DNA of 64,000 bases, taken from Escherichia coli. GTDB taxonomy: Bacteria; Pseudomonadota; Gammaproteobacteria; Enterobacterales; Enterobacteriaceae. Shown here one piece after another: positions 41,049-51,094 of this stretch. Numbering within the stretch: position 1 is the first letter of the stretch; the number at the start of each line of letters is the position of its first letter. The stretch lies in NCBI RefSeq assembly GCF_016026235.1, contig NZ_CP065613.1. One strand, written 5' to 3'. Position numbers and translations under genes: made by a program. Below the pieces are notes generated by a model, which saw only the letters and a list, made by a program, of their open reading frames with translations, searched no databases and was not told the DNA's origin.

Positions 41049-41741
41049 ATGCAGTCAATAACACCTCCATTAATTGCCGTTATTGGTAGCGATGGTTCAG
41101 GCAAGTCAACGGTGTGTGAACATCTCATTACCGTTGTCGAAAAATATGGTGCTGCCGAAAGAGTTCATTTAGGAAAACAAGCCGGAAATGTCGGTCGTGC
41201 AGTGACAAAATTACCGTTGATGGGAAAATCCTTACATAAAACAATTGAACGAAATCAGGTGAAAACAGCAAAAAAATTGCCAGGACCAGTTCCGGCGCTG
41301 GTAATTACAGCGTTTGTCGCCCGTCGCTTACTGCGCTTTCGTCATATGCTTGCCTGTCGTCGTCGCGGGTTAATTGTTCTAACCGACCGTTATCCTCAGG
41401 ACCAAATTCCTGGCGCTTACGATGGTACGGTGTTCCCACCTAACGTTGAAGGTGGTCGTTTTGTCTCATGGCTGGCAAGCCAGGAACGTAAAGCGTTTCA
41501 CTGGATGGCGAGCCATAAGCCTGATCTGGTCATCAAACTCAATGTCGATCTAGACGTGGCCTGCGCGCGTAAGCCTGACCACAAAAGGGAATCGCTGGCA
41601 AGAAAGATAGCCATAACGCCACAGTTAACCTTTGGTGGTGCACAACTGGTTGATATCGACGCCAATCAGCCACTGGAACAGGTGTTAGTTGATGCAGAAA
41701 AAGCGATTACGGATTTTATGACCGCGCGTGGTTATCACTAG
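41049..41741 (+). CDS. yghT: P-loop NTPase, kinase-like
   Basis: Walker [10 protein letters not shown], plus DRYPQ and ARKPDH motifs; divergent from yghS. Confidence 0.65.
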   Translation: MQSITPPLIAVIGSDGSGKSTVCEHLITVVEKYGAAERVHLGKQAGNVGRAVTKLPLMGKSLHKTIERNQVKTAKKLPGPVPALVITAFVARRLLRFRHMLACRRRGLIVLTDRYPQDQIPGAYDGTVFPPNVEGGRFVSWLASQERKAFHWMASHKPDLVIKLNVDLDVACARKPDHKRESLARKIAITPQLTFGGAQLVDIDANQPLEQVLVDAEKAITDFMTARGYH

Positions 41742-41751
41742 CCAAAAATGG

Positions 41752-41782
41752 AAATGCCCGATCGCCAGGACCGGGCATTTTC
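41752..41782. terminator. bidirectional terminator hairpin between yghT and pitB
   Basis: aatgcccg / 11-nt loop / cgggcatttt between two convergent genes. Confidence 0.5.
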
Positions 41783-41789
41783 AGGAAGG

Positions 41790-43301
41790 TTAAATCAACT
41801 GCAATGCTATCCAGTACAGCCCACCAGAAAGAAAAATCGCCGCCGGTAAAGTAAATACCCACGCCATCAGGATGCTGGTTACCGTTTTACGCTGTAACCC
41901 ACCGCCGTCCACCACCATCGTCCCTGCAACTGCAGACGAGAGGACGTGTGTTGTGGAGACGGGCATCCCAATATAACTGGCAAGACCGATAGACACTGCC
42001 GCCGTCATTTGTGCCGCCATGCCTTGCGCATACGTCATGCCGCGCTTACCAATCTTCTCACCGATGGTCATCGCTACACGACGCCAGCCAATCATGGTGC
42101 CAATGCCGAGCGCCAGTGCTACCGCCATGATGATCCACACCGGAGCGTACTCAATGGTGCTTAACATATCGCTGCGAAGTTTTTTCAGCAGGTTCTGGTC
42201 TTCTTTACTGACGCCTGGCGGTTTCGCCAGCTTCGCGGAGGTATCAGAGATGCACAGCATAATGCACAGCATAATGCGGCGCAGCTGGCTGCGCTGACTC
42301 ACGCTTAACGGCTCGTAACTTTCCATATTGCCTGGCAGCATCGTTTTAACGCGCGCAATCGCATCAAAGGTATTTGCCGGATGACAGTGAAACTCCGTCA
42401 CTTGCGCGCCATCAGTAGATGCCGCAGGCAATGGAGGTTCCATCGTAATCAACTTCTGCGGCAGTTCAGGATGCTGTTGCAGGTAGTGTTCGAAGTTGGT
42501 GACGGCATCGCGGGTACGGGTAATTTCATAGCCGGACGCGTTCATATTGACGACGAAGCCAGCAGGGGCAATCCCCACCAATACCAGCATCACCAGGCCG
42601 ATCCCTTTCTGCCCGTCGTTAGCGCCGTGCGAAAACGCCACGCCCGCAGCGGAAACAATCAGCGCAATACGCGTCCAGAATGGCGGCTTACGTTTGCCTT
42701 TTTTCTTTTTGCGATCTTCCGGAATGCGGTGAATACGGTCACGCTTTTTCGTTCCGCTCCAGTAGCGTCGCAGCAGGAATATCAGGCCTCCCGCAATGAC
42801 CAGGCCGACGATAGGGGAAACAATCAGCGAGGAGAAAATTTTGGTCACTTCACGCAGGTTTAACGCATCCATCACCGATGAGCCGGTTAACAGCGCGTTG
42901 GTTAAACCGATGCCGATAATCGCACCAATCAAGGTGTGCGAACTGGAGGCCGGTAAACCAAAGAACCACGTTCCCAGGTTCCAGATAATCGCCGCCAGCA
43001 GCATGGAAAAGACCATCGCCAGACCGTGAGTTGACCCCATATTCAGCAGCAAATCGGTTGGTAACATATGGACAATGGCATAGGCAACGCTAAGTCCGCC
43101 CAATAACACGCCAAAAAAGTTAAAAAATGCCGCCATCACCACAGCAAGTTGTGGTTGCATGGCACGAGTATAAATAACGGTTGCCACCGCATTCGCCGTA
43201 TCATGAAAACCATTGATTGCTTCGTAGAACAACACAAATGCCAGAGCAAGTAATAACAAAAGCCCTGTGTATATATCAAGGCCAACAAATAAATTTAGCA
43301 T
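41790..43301 (-). CDS. pitB: low-affinity inorganic phosphate transporter
   Basis: 503-aa PiT-family polytopic protein in the position of pitB; contains an in-frame 12-bp tandem duplication (see findings). Confidence 0.8.
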   Translation of the reverse strand: MLNLFVGLDIYTGLLLLLALAFVLFYEAINGFHDTANAVATVIYTRAMQPQLAVVMAAFFNFFGVLLGGLSVAYAIVHMLPTDLLLNMGSTHGLAMVFSMLLAAIIWNLGTWFFGLPASSSHTLIGAIIGIGLTNALLTGSSVMDALNLREVTKIFSSLIVSPIVGLVIAGGLIFLLRRYWSGTKKRDRIHRIPEDRKKKKGKRKPPFWTRIALIVSAAGVAFSHGANDGQKGIGLVMLVLVGIAPAGFVVNMNASGYEITRTRDAVTNFEHYLQQHPELPQKLITMEPPLPAASTDGAQVTEFHCHPANTFDAIARVKTMLPGNMESYEPLSVSQRSQLRRIMLCIMLCISDTSAKLAKPPGVSKEDQNLLKKLRSDMLSTIEYAPVWIIMAVALALGIGTMIGWRRVAMTIGEKIGKRGMTYAQGMAAQMTAAVSIGLASYIGMPVSTTHVLSSAVAGTMVVDGGGLQRKTVTSILMAWVFTLPAAIFLSGGLYWIALQLI

Positions 43302-43543
43302 ATATTAGATTACGCCATTTTGAATTTACGAACGGACGCATTATCAGTGACTTTAACGGTGTGGGCAAAGTGAAATATCATTTTTTAACGATAAAAAGAG
43401 TGTTATTTCTTGTGTATCAGACAATAAGCATTCATTAAAAATCTTTAGAAATAATTAGAACACAGGCATTCTGCTGGTTAATGTATTCACATATGAAATG
43501 AATAAATATTTGAATATATAAATATTGAATATTTTGATTAATC

Positions 43544-43576
43544 CCCGTACTGACTATTCTTCATAATCAGTACGGG
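43544..43576 (-). terminator. candidate Rho-independent terminator of gss
   Basis: cccgtactga / 13-nt loop / tcagtacggg hairpin just 3' of the gss stop. Confidence 0.4.
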
Positions 43577-43592
43577 ATTGCTACAACATGTA

Positions 43593-45452
43593 TTACTCTT
43601 TCACCACAATTAACGGTTCAATATCACTCTCTTTTTTAATAACCAGTGATTCATCACCGCGCAAACACGTCCCACCGTAGTTGCCGCCAACGGTGAAGGT
43701 ACATACCTGAATGTATTTACCGTCCACTTTCGGCAAACACCACAGTTGCTGATAGATGTTTTTCTGCTCGGCAAATTTACCGCTGGTTTTGTCCAGCACC
43801 TCTTCATGATGGCTGACCAGGTCGATATTGCTACCACAGCGACCGGCAATCGGTTTCACTGCGTAACCTGTTTTCACCAATTCATCATTAACAGTGAAAT
43901 CGGTATCCAGCAGGTAACGATGGTGCGGGAACAGCGACCAGAGGATCGGCAGAATCGCTTTGTTGCCGGGGATCACCGTCCACAGCGGCTCAAAGACCAG
44001 CACTTCCGGGCGCAGCAATACGTCGATAAGACGCACTTCGTTTTGCGGATGACCGGTACGGATTGGCACCGCAGCAAACTCACGGTCGCTAACTTCACGA
44101 ATCTGATCAAACGCGGTTTCCCACGCCCAGGTTTTCCACACGCAGTTAACCAGCCGTCCTTCCCCATCAATCAGTTGCCCGGCAGCATCCCAGCCCAGTT
44201 CATCCAGCCCGCGCAAGATACGCGTTTCAAAGCCCGCCAGGTGCAGCGCCTGCTCCATAAACTGCGCGTGATAGTTTTCCTCGATATCTTTGTCCTGCAT
44301 GATATGGACAAACGGACGTGCACGACTGTGTTTCCAGGCACCAGCCAGTTCGTTAATCAGCCCTTCCGCCGGATTGAAGCCGTTGCCTTTATAGCCCTGC
44401 TCCGCCCAACGTTCGAGGATCAAGCCCGCTTCGGTATGACAGGAGGCGGAGTCGGCGTTGTATTCGTAAACCTTCAGGCCACGCTCATCCATGCAGAAAT
44501 CCATACGACCAGTGATCATATGGTGACGGCGACGCTGCCAGGAGAGACGCAAACGTGGCCAGAGGATTTTCGGAATGTCGAACAGCGCCAGCAGGTTGTC
44601 ATCTTTCAGCACCTTGTCGGTTGCGTGAAGATACATCAGGTGCAGCTCGTTGGTGGCTTTAATCAGCTCCTGCTCGGCGCTCTCGGTAATGGTGTAGTAA
44701 TGATACGGATCCTGATTGATCACCTGACCGTTGGCCTGCACATAGGCGTTTTGCAGCGGATCTTTTTCATCCAGCCATTTACCGTCAAACTGGCCTTTGT
44801 TTTCCAGACGCGCTCCGCTGATTTTCAGCAGCTCGCCTGCAATTTCCGGCTGCGGTAAGCTGTATTCAGTATCTTCCGTCTGGATCATCCAGCCCAGAAT
44901 GGTGGTGTCATCAAAAGTGTCTTTAAGGGTATAGCAGCCGTTTTCGACCACCATTTCCAGTTCGCGCGTCCACTGTTGCCCTTGCGGCAACGGGGAATGA
45001 ATCACGTTCTGTTCCGCAATACGGACTTTGTTGCCATGCAATTGGGTAATGATGGCGACATGGCCAGTGTCTTTAAATTCACCGCCTTTATCCCAGATAA
45101 GAAGCGCACCCGCGACCGGCGCACGCGGCGAGCCGTTAGGAAATGCCTGCAATGGCAGTATGTTGTCATTAACCACTTCACGCAGGAAGCGCAGCGAGAA
45201 AATCTCCCACGCCATACCCACGTCAGTGAAGACCACACCGTAATTCAGAAAGAGAAAACGGCGAGCAAATTCAACGCATTGCCATTTGTGGCCCATATAT
45301 TCGTCGTCGATATAGCTACGGAATACGGCGTCATCTTCGTATTCCTGCGGATCGAGAGAACTGTAATCTGAAGAGTAGATTGCTACCCCACCTGGGGCGT
45401 AGCCCAATAATGTCCCGAACGGGGCATCCTGGCTGGTCGTTCCTTTGCTCAT
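43593..45452 (-). CDS. gss: bifunctional glutathionylspermidine synthetase/amidase
   Basis: N-terminus MSKGTTSQDAPFGTLLGYAPGGVAIYSSDYSSLDPQEYEDD matches recalled Gss; start placed at the second Met. Confidence 0.9.
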   Translation of the reverse strand: MSKGTTSQDAPFGTLLGYAPGGVAIYSSDYSSLDPQEYEDDAVFRSYIDDEYMGHKWQCVEFARRFLFLNYGVVFTDVGMAWEIFSLRFLREVVNDNILPLQAFPNGSPRAPVAGALLIWDKGGEFKDTGHVAIITQLHGNKVRIAEQNVIHSPLPQGQQWTRELEMVVENGCYTLKDTFDDTTILGWMIQTEDTEYSLPQPEIAGELLKISGARLENKGQFDGKWLDEKDPLQNAYVQANGQVINQDPYHYYTITESAEQELIKATNELHLMYLHATDKVLKDDNLLALFDIPKILWPRLRLSWQRRRHHMITGRMDFCMDERGLKVYEYNADSASCHTEAGLILERWAEQGYKGNGFNPAEGLINELAGAWKHSRARPFVHIMQDKDIEENYHAQFMEQALHLAGFETRILRGLDELGWDAAGQLIDGEGRLVNCVWKTWAWETAFDQIREVSDREFAAVPIRTGHPQNEVRLIDVLLRPEVLVFEPLWTVIPGNKAILPILWSLFPHHRYLLDTDFTVNDELVKTGYAVKPIAGRCGSNIDLVSHHEEVLDKTSGKFAEQKNIYQQLWCLPKVDGKYIQVCTFTVGGNYGGTCLRGDESLVIKKESDIEPLIVVKE

Positions 45453-45656
45453 CACTTTACCTTTAACAATACAACCTAAGCAGTTGGCGTAATTGTTGTG
45501 CTCTGATTACCTGCTCAGCGACATTAACCGGACAGAGGTCAGACTAATCATACACCTCATCGCAGCGGCTGGCGCAAAGGGTTAAAAAATTCACATTCTG
45601 TACAGCAAGTGACCTGCTACACTGCTTCAACACTACCACTCAGAAGGCAACTCACT

Positions 45657-46523
45657 ATGACAGACAATACTTATCAGCCCGCGAAAGTCTGGACGTGGGA
45701 TAAATCCGCTGGCGGCGCGTTCGCCAATATCAATCGCCCGGTTTCTGGTCCGACGCATGAAAAAACGCTGCCCGTTGGCAAACATCCATTGCAACTTTAT
45801 TCGCTGGGAACGCCGAACGGTCAGAAAGTAACGATTATGCTTGAGGAGCTGCTGGCGCTGGGCGTTACTGGTGCAGAGTACGACGCCTGGCTGATACGCA
45901 TAGGCGATGGCGATCAATTCTCCAGCGGCTTTGTCGAAGTGAACCCAAACTCGAAGATCCCGGCGCTGCGCGATCATACGCATAATCCGCCGATCCGCGT
46001 GTTTGAGTCTGGTTCGATCCTGCTTTATCTGGCAGAAAAATTTGGCTACTTCTTGCCGCAGGATCTGGCTAAACGTACTGAAGCAATGAACTGGCTGTTC
46101 TGGCTACAGGGTGCCGCGCCGTTCCTCGGCGGTGGTTTTGGTCACTTTTACCATTACGCGCCGGTGAAAATTGAGTACGCCATCAATCGCTTTACCATGG
46201 AAGCCAAACGTCTGCTCGACGTGCTGGATAAGCAACTGGCGCAGCATAAGTTTGTTGCGGGCGATGAGTACACCATTGCGGATATGGCGATTTGGCCGTG
46301 GTTTGGCAATGTGGTATTAGGCGGCGTATATGATGCCGCAGAGTTTCTTGATGCGGGCAGTTATAAGCATGTGCAACGCTGGGCAAAAGAAGTGGGCGAA
46401 CGTCCGGCGGTGAAACGTGGGCGTATTGTTAACCGCAGCAACGGGCCGCTGAACGAGCAGTTGCATGAGCGCCATGACGCCAGTGATTTTGAGACGAATA
46501 CGGAAGATAAGCGTCAGGGGTAA
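45657..46523 (+). CDS. yghU: glutathione S-transferase-like protein YghU
   Basis: Start at MTDNTYQPAKVWTWDKSAGGAFANINRP (288 aa); the track ORF is longer upstream. Confidence 0.85.
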   Translation: MTDNTYQPAKVWTWDKSAGGAFANINRPVSGPTHEKTLPVGKHPLQLYSLGTPNGQKVTIMLEELLALGVTGAEYDAWLIRIGDGDQFSSGFVEVNPNSKIPALRDHTHNPPIRVFESGSILLYLAEKFGYFLPQDLAKRTEAMNWLFWLQGAAPFLGGGFGHFYHYAPVKIEYAINRFTMEAKRLLDVLDKQLAQHKFVAGDEYTIADMAIWPWFGNVVLGGVYDAAEFLDAGSYKHVQRWAKEVGERPAVKRGRIVNRSNGPLNEQLHERHDASDFETNTEDKRQG

Positions 46524-46550
46524 GGGTTAGCGTTCGTCGCAGCAAGCCAT

Positions 46551-46640
46551 CCAGGCCGGATAAGGCGTTCACGCCGCATCCGGCAATCGAGCACAATGCC
46601 TGATGCGACGCTGCCGCGTCTTATCAGACCTACGAAAGCT
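46551..46640. repeat. REP elements
   Basis: ggccggataaggcgttcacgccgcatccggca and gcctgatgcgacgctgccgcgtcttatcag palindromic units between yghU and hybG. Confidence 0.8.
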
Positions 46641-46645
46641 AATCA

Positions 46646-46894
46646 TCACGCGCTGGTAATGTCGTAATCCATTTGGCGCAGTGCGTCTAATGTGGCTTTG
46701 GCTTCATCTTCGTCGATGATGCTCATGGCAAATCCGACGTGTACCAGCACCCACTGGCCCAGTAGATCGGCAGGGTTACCTTCACAAATCAGGGCGATAT
46801 TCACGTCGCGCTTGATACCACATACTTCAACCTGCGCAAGCTGGTGAATATCTTCACCGACAGCCAGCACCTGGCCTGGAACGCCAATACACAT
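46646..46894 (-). CDS. hybG: hydrogenase maturation factor, HypC family
   Basis: 82 aa beginning MCIGVP. Confidence 0.85.
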
Positions 46895-46906
46895 TGTTAA
46901 CTCCGG

Positions 46907-47248
46907 TTATTCAACTTCAATACTTTTGACGATCAGCGAATCGCCGGTATCGACACGCAACCGCTCGCCATGACAGAGCGGACACTGCGCATCGTGCTGA
47001 TGAATCTCCACCACCTGGCTGCAATCCCAGCACCAGGCCTGGGCGGGTTTATAGATGATATGTAAATCGCACCCTTGCGCCACCGTTCCGTGGCAGACAA
47101 TTTCAAAACTAAAACGGACGGCGCTCTCCTCAACGCAGGAGAGCGCGCCAATTTCCAGCCACACGGCGGTGACGCGCTTAACATCGTGCTGCTCCGCCTG
47201 CCGCTGGATAATTTCAACGGCGCTCTGGCAAAGCGACAACTCATGCAT
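46907..47248 (-). CDS. hybF: hydrogenase nickel-incorporation protein, HypA family
   Basis: MHELSLCQSAVEII start and CWDC...CPLC zinc motif; internal start used. Confidence 0.85.
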   Translation of the reverse strand: MHELSLCQSAVEIIQRQAEQHDVKRVTAVWLEIGALSCVEESAVRFSFEIVCHGTVAQGCDLHIIYKPAQAWCWDCSQVVEIHQHDAQCPLCHGERLRVDTGDSLIVKSIEVE

Positions 47249-47729
47249 TTTCGCCACTCCTGCGACCAAACAGCAGGGCGCGACGCCCTGCGTGTGGTAC
47301 ATCCGGATTGGTGACCGGCAGCGAAAGGATCATTCGTGCGCAGTCATCCGTCAGGCGTTGGCCCTCTTCAATCGACATACTGTGCGAAAGCGGTGACATC
47401 AGCGAACAGGAGAGGTATTGCGAAACACCGTCCAGTTCGCCAACGGTAAAGGTCATGGTGCCATACGGCAGTTGCAGACCGATTTTTTCACTCACTTTGC
47501 GCAGCGGCCATAGTTGCTCCGGGCCGGGGAAGATAACTGCACTCAGCATCCACGGGGTGATCACACACCCCGTCCACTGACCTTCGAACAGCGTAAAATC
47601 AGAAACATACACCGGCATTGAAGGATGCAGAAAAGAGAGATCGTGCATCGAACGCCGGGCAATTTCTTCAAACGCTGCCTGTACTTGCGCCTTCGGGGAG
47701 GTCTGGAAACCTGCTATCTCTTCAGTCAT
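47241..47729 (-). CDS. hybE: hydrogenase-2 operon chaperone HybE
   Basis: Start at MTEEIAGFQTSPKAQ; overlaps hybD and hybF by 8 nt each. Confidence 0.8.
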   Translation of the reverse strand: MTEEIAGFQTSPKAQVQAAFEEIARRSMHDLSFLHPSMPVYVSDFTLFEGQWTGCVITPWMLSAVIFPGPEQLWPLRKVSEKIGLQLPYGTMTFTVGELDGVSQYLSCSLMSPLSHSMSIEEGQRLTDDCARMILSLPVTNPDVPHAGRRALLFGRRSGENA

Positions 47730-48216
47730 GAATCGCCTCCCGTGGGATGGCTTCCACGCCAGATTCACGCAGCGCAGCCAGAACCTGCTCAAGCGCAGGT
47801 TCAATCATTGCTTCAACCGTCGGCGTTAAGCCGATGTGTGGCTCCAGCGATTCCGGAATTACGCCGACCAGGGTCAGCTTTTTCGGAAACTCGCCGGTGA
47901 AGCGCAGGGCCGACAAGACGTCGGCCAGGCCAAGCTGATGCGGAGAGATTTTGTTGGTAAACAACGCCGGAACTTCTTCATCCCGCAGGATCATCATCGT
48001 TCCCGGCGCGCTCTTCTTCGACACAATGGCATCCGCAATAATCAGATGATCGCGATTTGCCATGTCGCCAAGCAGCTCCATTCCCGCCGTGCCGCCATCG
48101 AGGATCTCAACATAATCCGGCAGAATGTATCGTTGCTCTAACGCTTCGACAATCCGCACACCGATGGCTTCATCGGTCAGCAAAATATTGCCGACCCCTA
48201 AGACTAAAATACGCAT
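47722..48216 (-). CDS. hybD: hydrogenase-2 maturation endopeptidase
   Basis: 164 aa beginning MRILVLGVGNILLTDEAIGVR; start overlaps the hybC stop by 1 nt. Confidence 0.85.
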   Translation of the reverse strand: MRILVLGVGNILLTDEAIGVRIVEALEQRYILPDYVEILDGGTAGMELLGDMANRDHLIIADAIVSKKSAPGTMMILRDEEVPALFTNKISPHQLGLADVLSALRFTGEFPKKLTLVGVIPESLEPHIGLTPTVEAMIEPALEQVLAALRESGVEAIPREAIHD

Positions 48217-49919
48217 TACAGAACCTTCACTGAAACCACTTCGTTGCCGTCAGCATCCACTACGTGTACCGCACAGGCCATGCACGGGTCGAAGGAGTGA
48301 ATGGTACGCACCACTTCCAGCGGTTTATTCGGATCGGCAACCGGTGTACCCACCAGCGACTGCTCGTAAGGACCGACGTCATCATTGAAGTTACGCGGGC
48401 CAGAGTTCCAGGTTGATGGAACAACTGCCTGGTAGTTGCTGATGATACCGTCTTTGATCACCATCCAGTGAGAGAGCATACCGCGCGGCGCTTCGAGGAA
48501 GCCAACACCTTTGAACTCACCCGTTGCCGGAATGTTCGGCTTCACAAAGGTGGTGTGATCGCCTTTGCCGATATTGGTGATCAGTGCACTGTATTGGTTT
48601 TGCAGGATATCCTGCAATTCACAGCAGTGAACGGTACGACCAATAATACGGCCCAGCGTGGAGTGCAGCTGTGCCACTTCCAGCGTGTTGCCAGTCAGTT
48701 TCTGATAAATCGCAACGATTTCATTCAGTTTGTTCTGGGTAGATTCGCGACCTGCCGCCAGTTTCACCAGCATATTAGCCAGCGGACCCACTTCTACCGT
48801 TTTGCCGTAGAAAGTCGGCGATTTCACCCAGGAATATTTACCGTCGTCAGACCAACCGTCGTAAGCCGGAATGGTGGTACCTTCCCACGGTGCCTGCGGC
48901 GCTTCGTCTTTATACCAGGAGTGCTTCGCGCTTTCCTGAATGCCTTTGATCAGGTATTCATCGGAATGAGAAGTGATCGGACGATACGAGGACAGATCCG
49001 CATTCTCAATGTAGCCGCCCGGGAACAGGAAGCTGCCGTTTTTACTGTCGGTCGGGAATTCCGGCACGCTCAGGTAGTTCACCGCACCTTTACCGCGCGT
49101 CAGCCATTCCGGGTAGAACGCGGCAATAACTGCGGTATCAACCTTATAAACCTGTTCAACAAAGTCGCTCAGCTTGTCGATGAAAGACTTGATGTACATC
49201 AGGCGCTCAAGGTTCAGCACGCCCAAACCGTCGAGGTTGATCGGGTTCGCGACACCACCTACCGCCAGGTTCTGAATGTGCGGCGTTTTACCGCCCAGCA
49301 GCGCCACGACGCGGTTAGCGTCACGCTGGCACTCCAGCGCCTGCAGGTAGTGCGCTACCGCAATCAGGTTCACTTCCGGCGGCAGTTTCATCGCCGGGTG
49401 ACCCCAGTAGCCATTGGCGAAAATACCCAACTGACCGCTGGCAACCAGATCTTTGATCTTGTTCTGAACTTTAGTGAACTCTTCCGGACTGTTCAGATGC
49501 CAGGTCGAAACGCCTTTCAGCATTTCGGAGGCTTTGGTTGGGTCAGCTTGCAGTGCAGAAGTGATGTCCACCCAGTCCAGCGCCGAAAGCTGATAGAAAT
49601 GAACGATATGGTCATGCGTGGTGTGCGCAGCCAGAATGATGTTACGGATGTATTGCGCGTTAACCGGAACGTCGATATTCAGCGCACTTTCTGCCGCACG
49701 AACGGAAGACAGCGCGTGAGTGGTAGTACATACGCCACAGATACGTTGCACAATCATCCATGCATCGCGCGGATCGCGGTTTTTCACGATCTCTTCCATG
49801 CCGCGCCACATGGTACCGGAAGCCCATGCTTTCGAAACGACGCCATTTTCGATTTCGCAATCGATGCGTAAATGCCCCTCAATACGGGTTACCGGATCAA
49901 TAGTAATTCTCTGGCTCAT
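48216..49919 (-). CDS. hybC: [NiFe] hydrogenase-2 large subunit
   Basis: 567 aa with N-terminal RICGVCTTTH and C-terminal DPCMACAVH nickel-binding motifs. Confidence 0.9.
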   Translation of the reverse strand: MSQRITIDPVTRIEGHLRIDCEIENGVVSKAWASGTMWRGMEEIVKNRDPRDAWMIVQRICGVCTTTHALSSVRAAESALNIDVPVNAQYIRNIILAAHTTHDHIVHFYQLSALDWVDITSALQADPTKASEMLKGVSTWHLNSPEEFTKVQNKIKDLVASGQLGIFANGYWGHPAMKLPPEVNLIAVAHYLQALECQRDANRVVALLGGKTPHIQNLAVGGVANPINLDGLGVLNLERLMYIKSFIDKLSDFVEQVYKVDTAVIAAFYPEWLTRGKGAVNYLSVPEFPTDSKNGSFLFPGGYIENADLSSYRPITSHSDEYLIKGIQESAKHSWYKDEAPQAPWEGTTIPAYDGWSDDGKYSWVKSPTFYGKTVEVGPLANMLVKLAAGRESTQNKLNEIVAIYQKLTGNTLEVAQLHSTLGRIIGRTVHCCELQDILQNQYSALITNIGKGDHTTFVKPNIPATGEFKGVGFLEAPRGMLSHWMVIKDGIISNYQAVVPSTWNSGPRNFNDDVGPYEQSLVGTPVADPNKPLEVVRTIHSFDPCMACAVHVVDADGNEVVSVKVL

Positions 49920-51094
49920 GCTTTGCTCGCCTCATGACGATTATGATCGTTTTGTTTTAAAGGAGGAAGTATCGGCAGTAGACGAATGAGTACGATGTAA
50001 GCGCAAATCTCAATAGCCACAAAACCAATAGAAATCAACAGTTCTTCCCAGGTCGGGAAGTAGGCGTAACCGCCGCCCGGGTTGAATGCCACCAGCGAAT
50101 AGGTCAGACGCCAGGTTGCACAACCTAACAGTGCGCTCAGTGCTGACAGGAACAGCATGCGGGAATCATTACGCAGCTTCGCCACACGCAGAACGACCAG
50201 CGGGAAGAGCATCAGCAGGACTTCAATCCAGAACATCACGGAGTAGAAGTCACCGGCAAACGCTAACGACAGCTTGTCGCGATAGATAAGCTCGCCAAAG
50301 CGCAGCACGATGAAAATCGCCAGCAACACACTGATGGTGTTGGTCAGCTTGACGAACAGGCTCTTTTCATCCGGACCGTTGCCACGCAGACCCGCCTGCA
50401 CCAGTGAACCTTCAAAGATGACAATCGAGAAGCCCATGATGAACGCCGTCAGCAGCGAGAACAGCGGCAACATTTCATAGCTCTGCCACAGCGGATGCAC
50501 CTTGTAGCCCGCCGAGATCATCAGCGACCCCATTGAAGACTGGTGCATGGTCGGCAGCAGCGCACCGAGCGCGATGATGAAGAACATCACCTTGTTCAGA
50601 CGCTGTAGCGACACCTTCCAGCCCAGACGTTCAAACAGTGCCGGAGCAAACTCCAGAGCCATCACGCCGATGTAGATGGTCATACAGACCGCCGTCTCGA
50701 ACAGTACCGAGTTCACGTTGAAGTGACCCGGAATGTAGAAGTACGGCAGGTTCCAGTAGCGACCCACGTCGATAGTGATCGACAAGCCACCCAGTGAGTA
50801 ACCAAACAGACTCGCCAACAGCGCCGGACGCACCAGCGGATGGTATTGCCCACGGTTAAAGACGTATACCGCCCACGCCAGCGCCCAGCCGCCACAGGCA
50901 AAGCCGGTGCCGATCAGCAGGTCAAACGCGATCCACACGCCCCACGGAAAGCCGCCGTTCAGGTCGGAGACAGAGCCCAGACCGAACACCAGACGCTTCA
51001 CAATCAGGAGCATACAGATGACGATTAACGGTCCAAAAATCATGACCGGTTTACTGATGATTTTGCCGCCCAGCGGTTGTGGATCATGACTCAT
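49916..51094 (-). CDS. hybB: hydrogenase-2 integral membrane subunit
   Basis: 392-aa polytopic membrane protein; coupled 4-nt overlap with hybC. Confidence 0.85.

Noticed and set aside
43746-44858. 370-aa plus-strand ORF inside gss
   Set aside because: Antisense shadow ORF within a well-supported gene.
48468-49871. 467-aa plus-strand ORF inside hybC
   Set aside because: Antisense shadow of the hydrogenase large-subunit gene; Arg/Val-rich translation typical of reverse-frame artefacts.
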